Below are positions 16,439-17,137 of a DNA stretch of 17,137 nt, piece after piece (positions within the stretch are counted from its first letter, which is position 1; each line of letters opens with the position of its first letter). The DNA is taken from positions 1 through 17,137 of the forward strand of contig JBHGBC010000131.1 of assembly GCA_041946805.1 (NCBI GenBank), in the 5' to 3' direction. The stretch is from a bacterium. Its GTDB lineage: Bacteria; Hinthialibacterota; Hinthialibacteria; Hinthialibacterales; Hinthialibacteraceae. Both the position numbers and the translations under genes were made by a program. Below the pieces are notes generated by a model. The model ran no database searches and was not told the DNA's origin. It worked only from the letters and a program-made list of their open reading frames with translations.

Positions 16439-17137
16439 CTAGCGGCGGGGAGAACTGAACCGCTGAGTTTGCGCTTCCCGTGGAGCGCTGAAGGAACTCC
16501 CGCTGCCGCGGGGAACAGAGACTTGCGGGGCGCTCATCCGGGGGGCGCTTACACTGGGTGCGCTCATCCGCGGCGCACTCACGCTCGGGGCGCTCATCCG
16601 GGGAACACTGCGCGGCGCTGAGTAGCTGGGAGCCGAATAACTGGGAGCCGAGGACGCCCGGGGTGTATAACTCGGCTGGGTATTCGGTTGATAACTCGGC
16701 GCGGACCGGGGAGCCGAAAACGTCCGGGGAGCGGAATAGGTGTTGCTGGGCGTATACGTGCGGGGCGCGGTGTATTTGGGAGACGTTTGCACATCGGTGC
16801 GGGCCGAGCGGGGAGCGGAATAACTCGGCGCGGCCGATTCCGACGAACGGGATGGTCCAAGATACCGAACCGAAGGCTGATGCACGATATTCGGCTGGGA
16901 TGAGGCCACCCGGTCGGCCGAACTGAGTGAGCGGCGCTCACTCAACGGAACGTAACTGCTCGTGGAAGAAGAGCGGGGAGCGCTGGTATCGGTGCGCGGC
17001 TGCAGGTTCATCGTGCCGGTCCGGTTGGGCGTATAGGTTCCCGAACGGCTGGGAGATGTAGCCGGTTTGCCAACCTCACGGCTGGGGCTGGTGGTCCGGG
17101 GGCTCGCGGCCGGCGGAGTGGTGGTCTCCGAGCGGGC
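16439..17137 (-). CDS. Partial gene (5' end outside the window): Ser/Pro/Arg/Thr-rich disordered C-terminal tail
   Basis: The frame has no stop from 17137 down to the TAG at 16441-16439. SAPR/YSAP repeats vary synonymously in this frame, and a terminator follows. Confidence 0.75.
   Translation of the reverse strand, partial: ARSETTTPPAASPRTTSPSREVGKPATSPSRSGTYTPNRTGTMNLQPRTDTSAPRSSSTSSYVPLSERRSLSSADRVASSQPNIVHQPSVRYLGPSRSSESAAPSYSAPRSARTDVQTSPKYTAPRTYTPSNTYSAPRTFSAPRSAPSYQPNTQPSYTPRASSAPSYSAPSYSAPRSVPRMSAPSVSAPRMSAPSVSAPRMSAPQVSVPRGSGSSFSAPREAQTQRFSSPRR
16527..16603 (-). repeat. Intragenic 30-bp tandem repeat encoding PRMSAPSVSA-type units
   Basis: CGCTCATCCG recurs at 16531, 16561 and 16591. 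Confidence 0.8.

Overview
GC-rich bacterial chromosomal window with no transposase, integrase or CRISPR array. Left to right: a cluster of REP-like palindromes; a TTGACA promoter with an 8-bp palindrome in its spacer, upstream of a histone H1-like AKK-repeat gene; a structured non-coding stretch and terminator; a MerR-family regulator resembling the actinobacterial Rv1830/McdR type; a MEMO1/AmmeMemoRadiSam-B gene and tRNA-Pro(CGG) on the minus strand; an orphan prepilin-like gene; a cNMP-PP2C phosphatase; a secreted GH50-like glycosidase; a GxGYxYP-type protein; a CUT2 sugar ABC transporter; ferritin; an amidohydrolase; fumC; and the repetitive C-terminal end of a truncated gene. The best-supported oddity is the sugar-binding lipoprotein (9623-10678), which reads as a natural circular permutation of the RbsB-like fold. 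Second is a possible module of operator, histone-like protein, structured RNA and McdR-like regulator (208-1372). An apparent G/C skew switch lies near the repeat-containing gap at 8995-9622. All family assignments come from motif recognition by eye; no database search was run.
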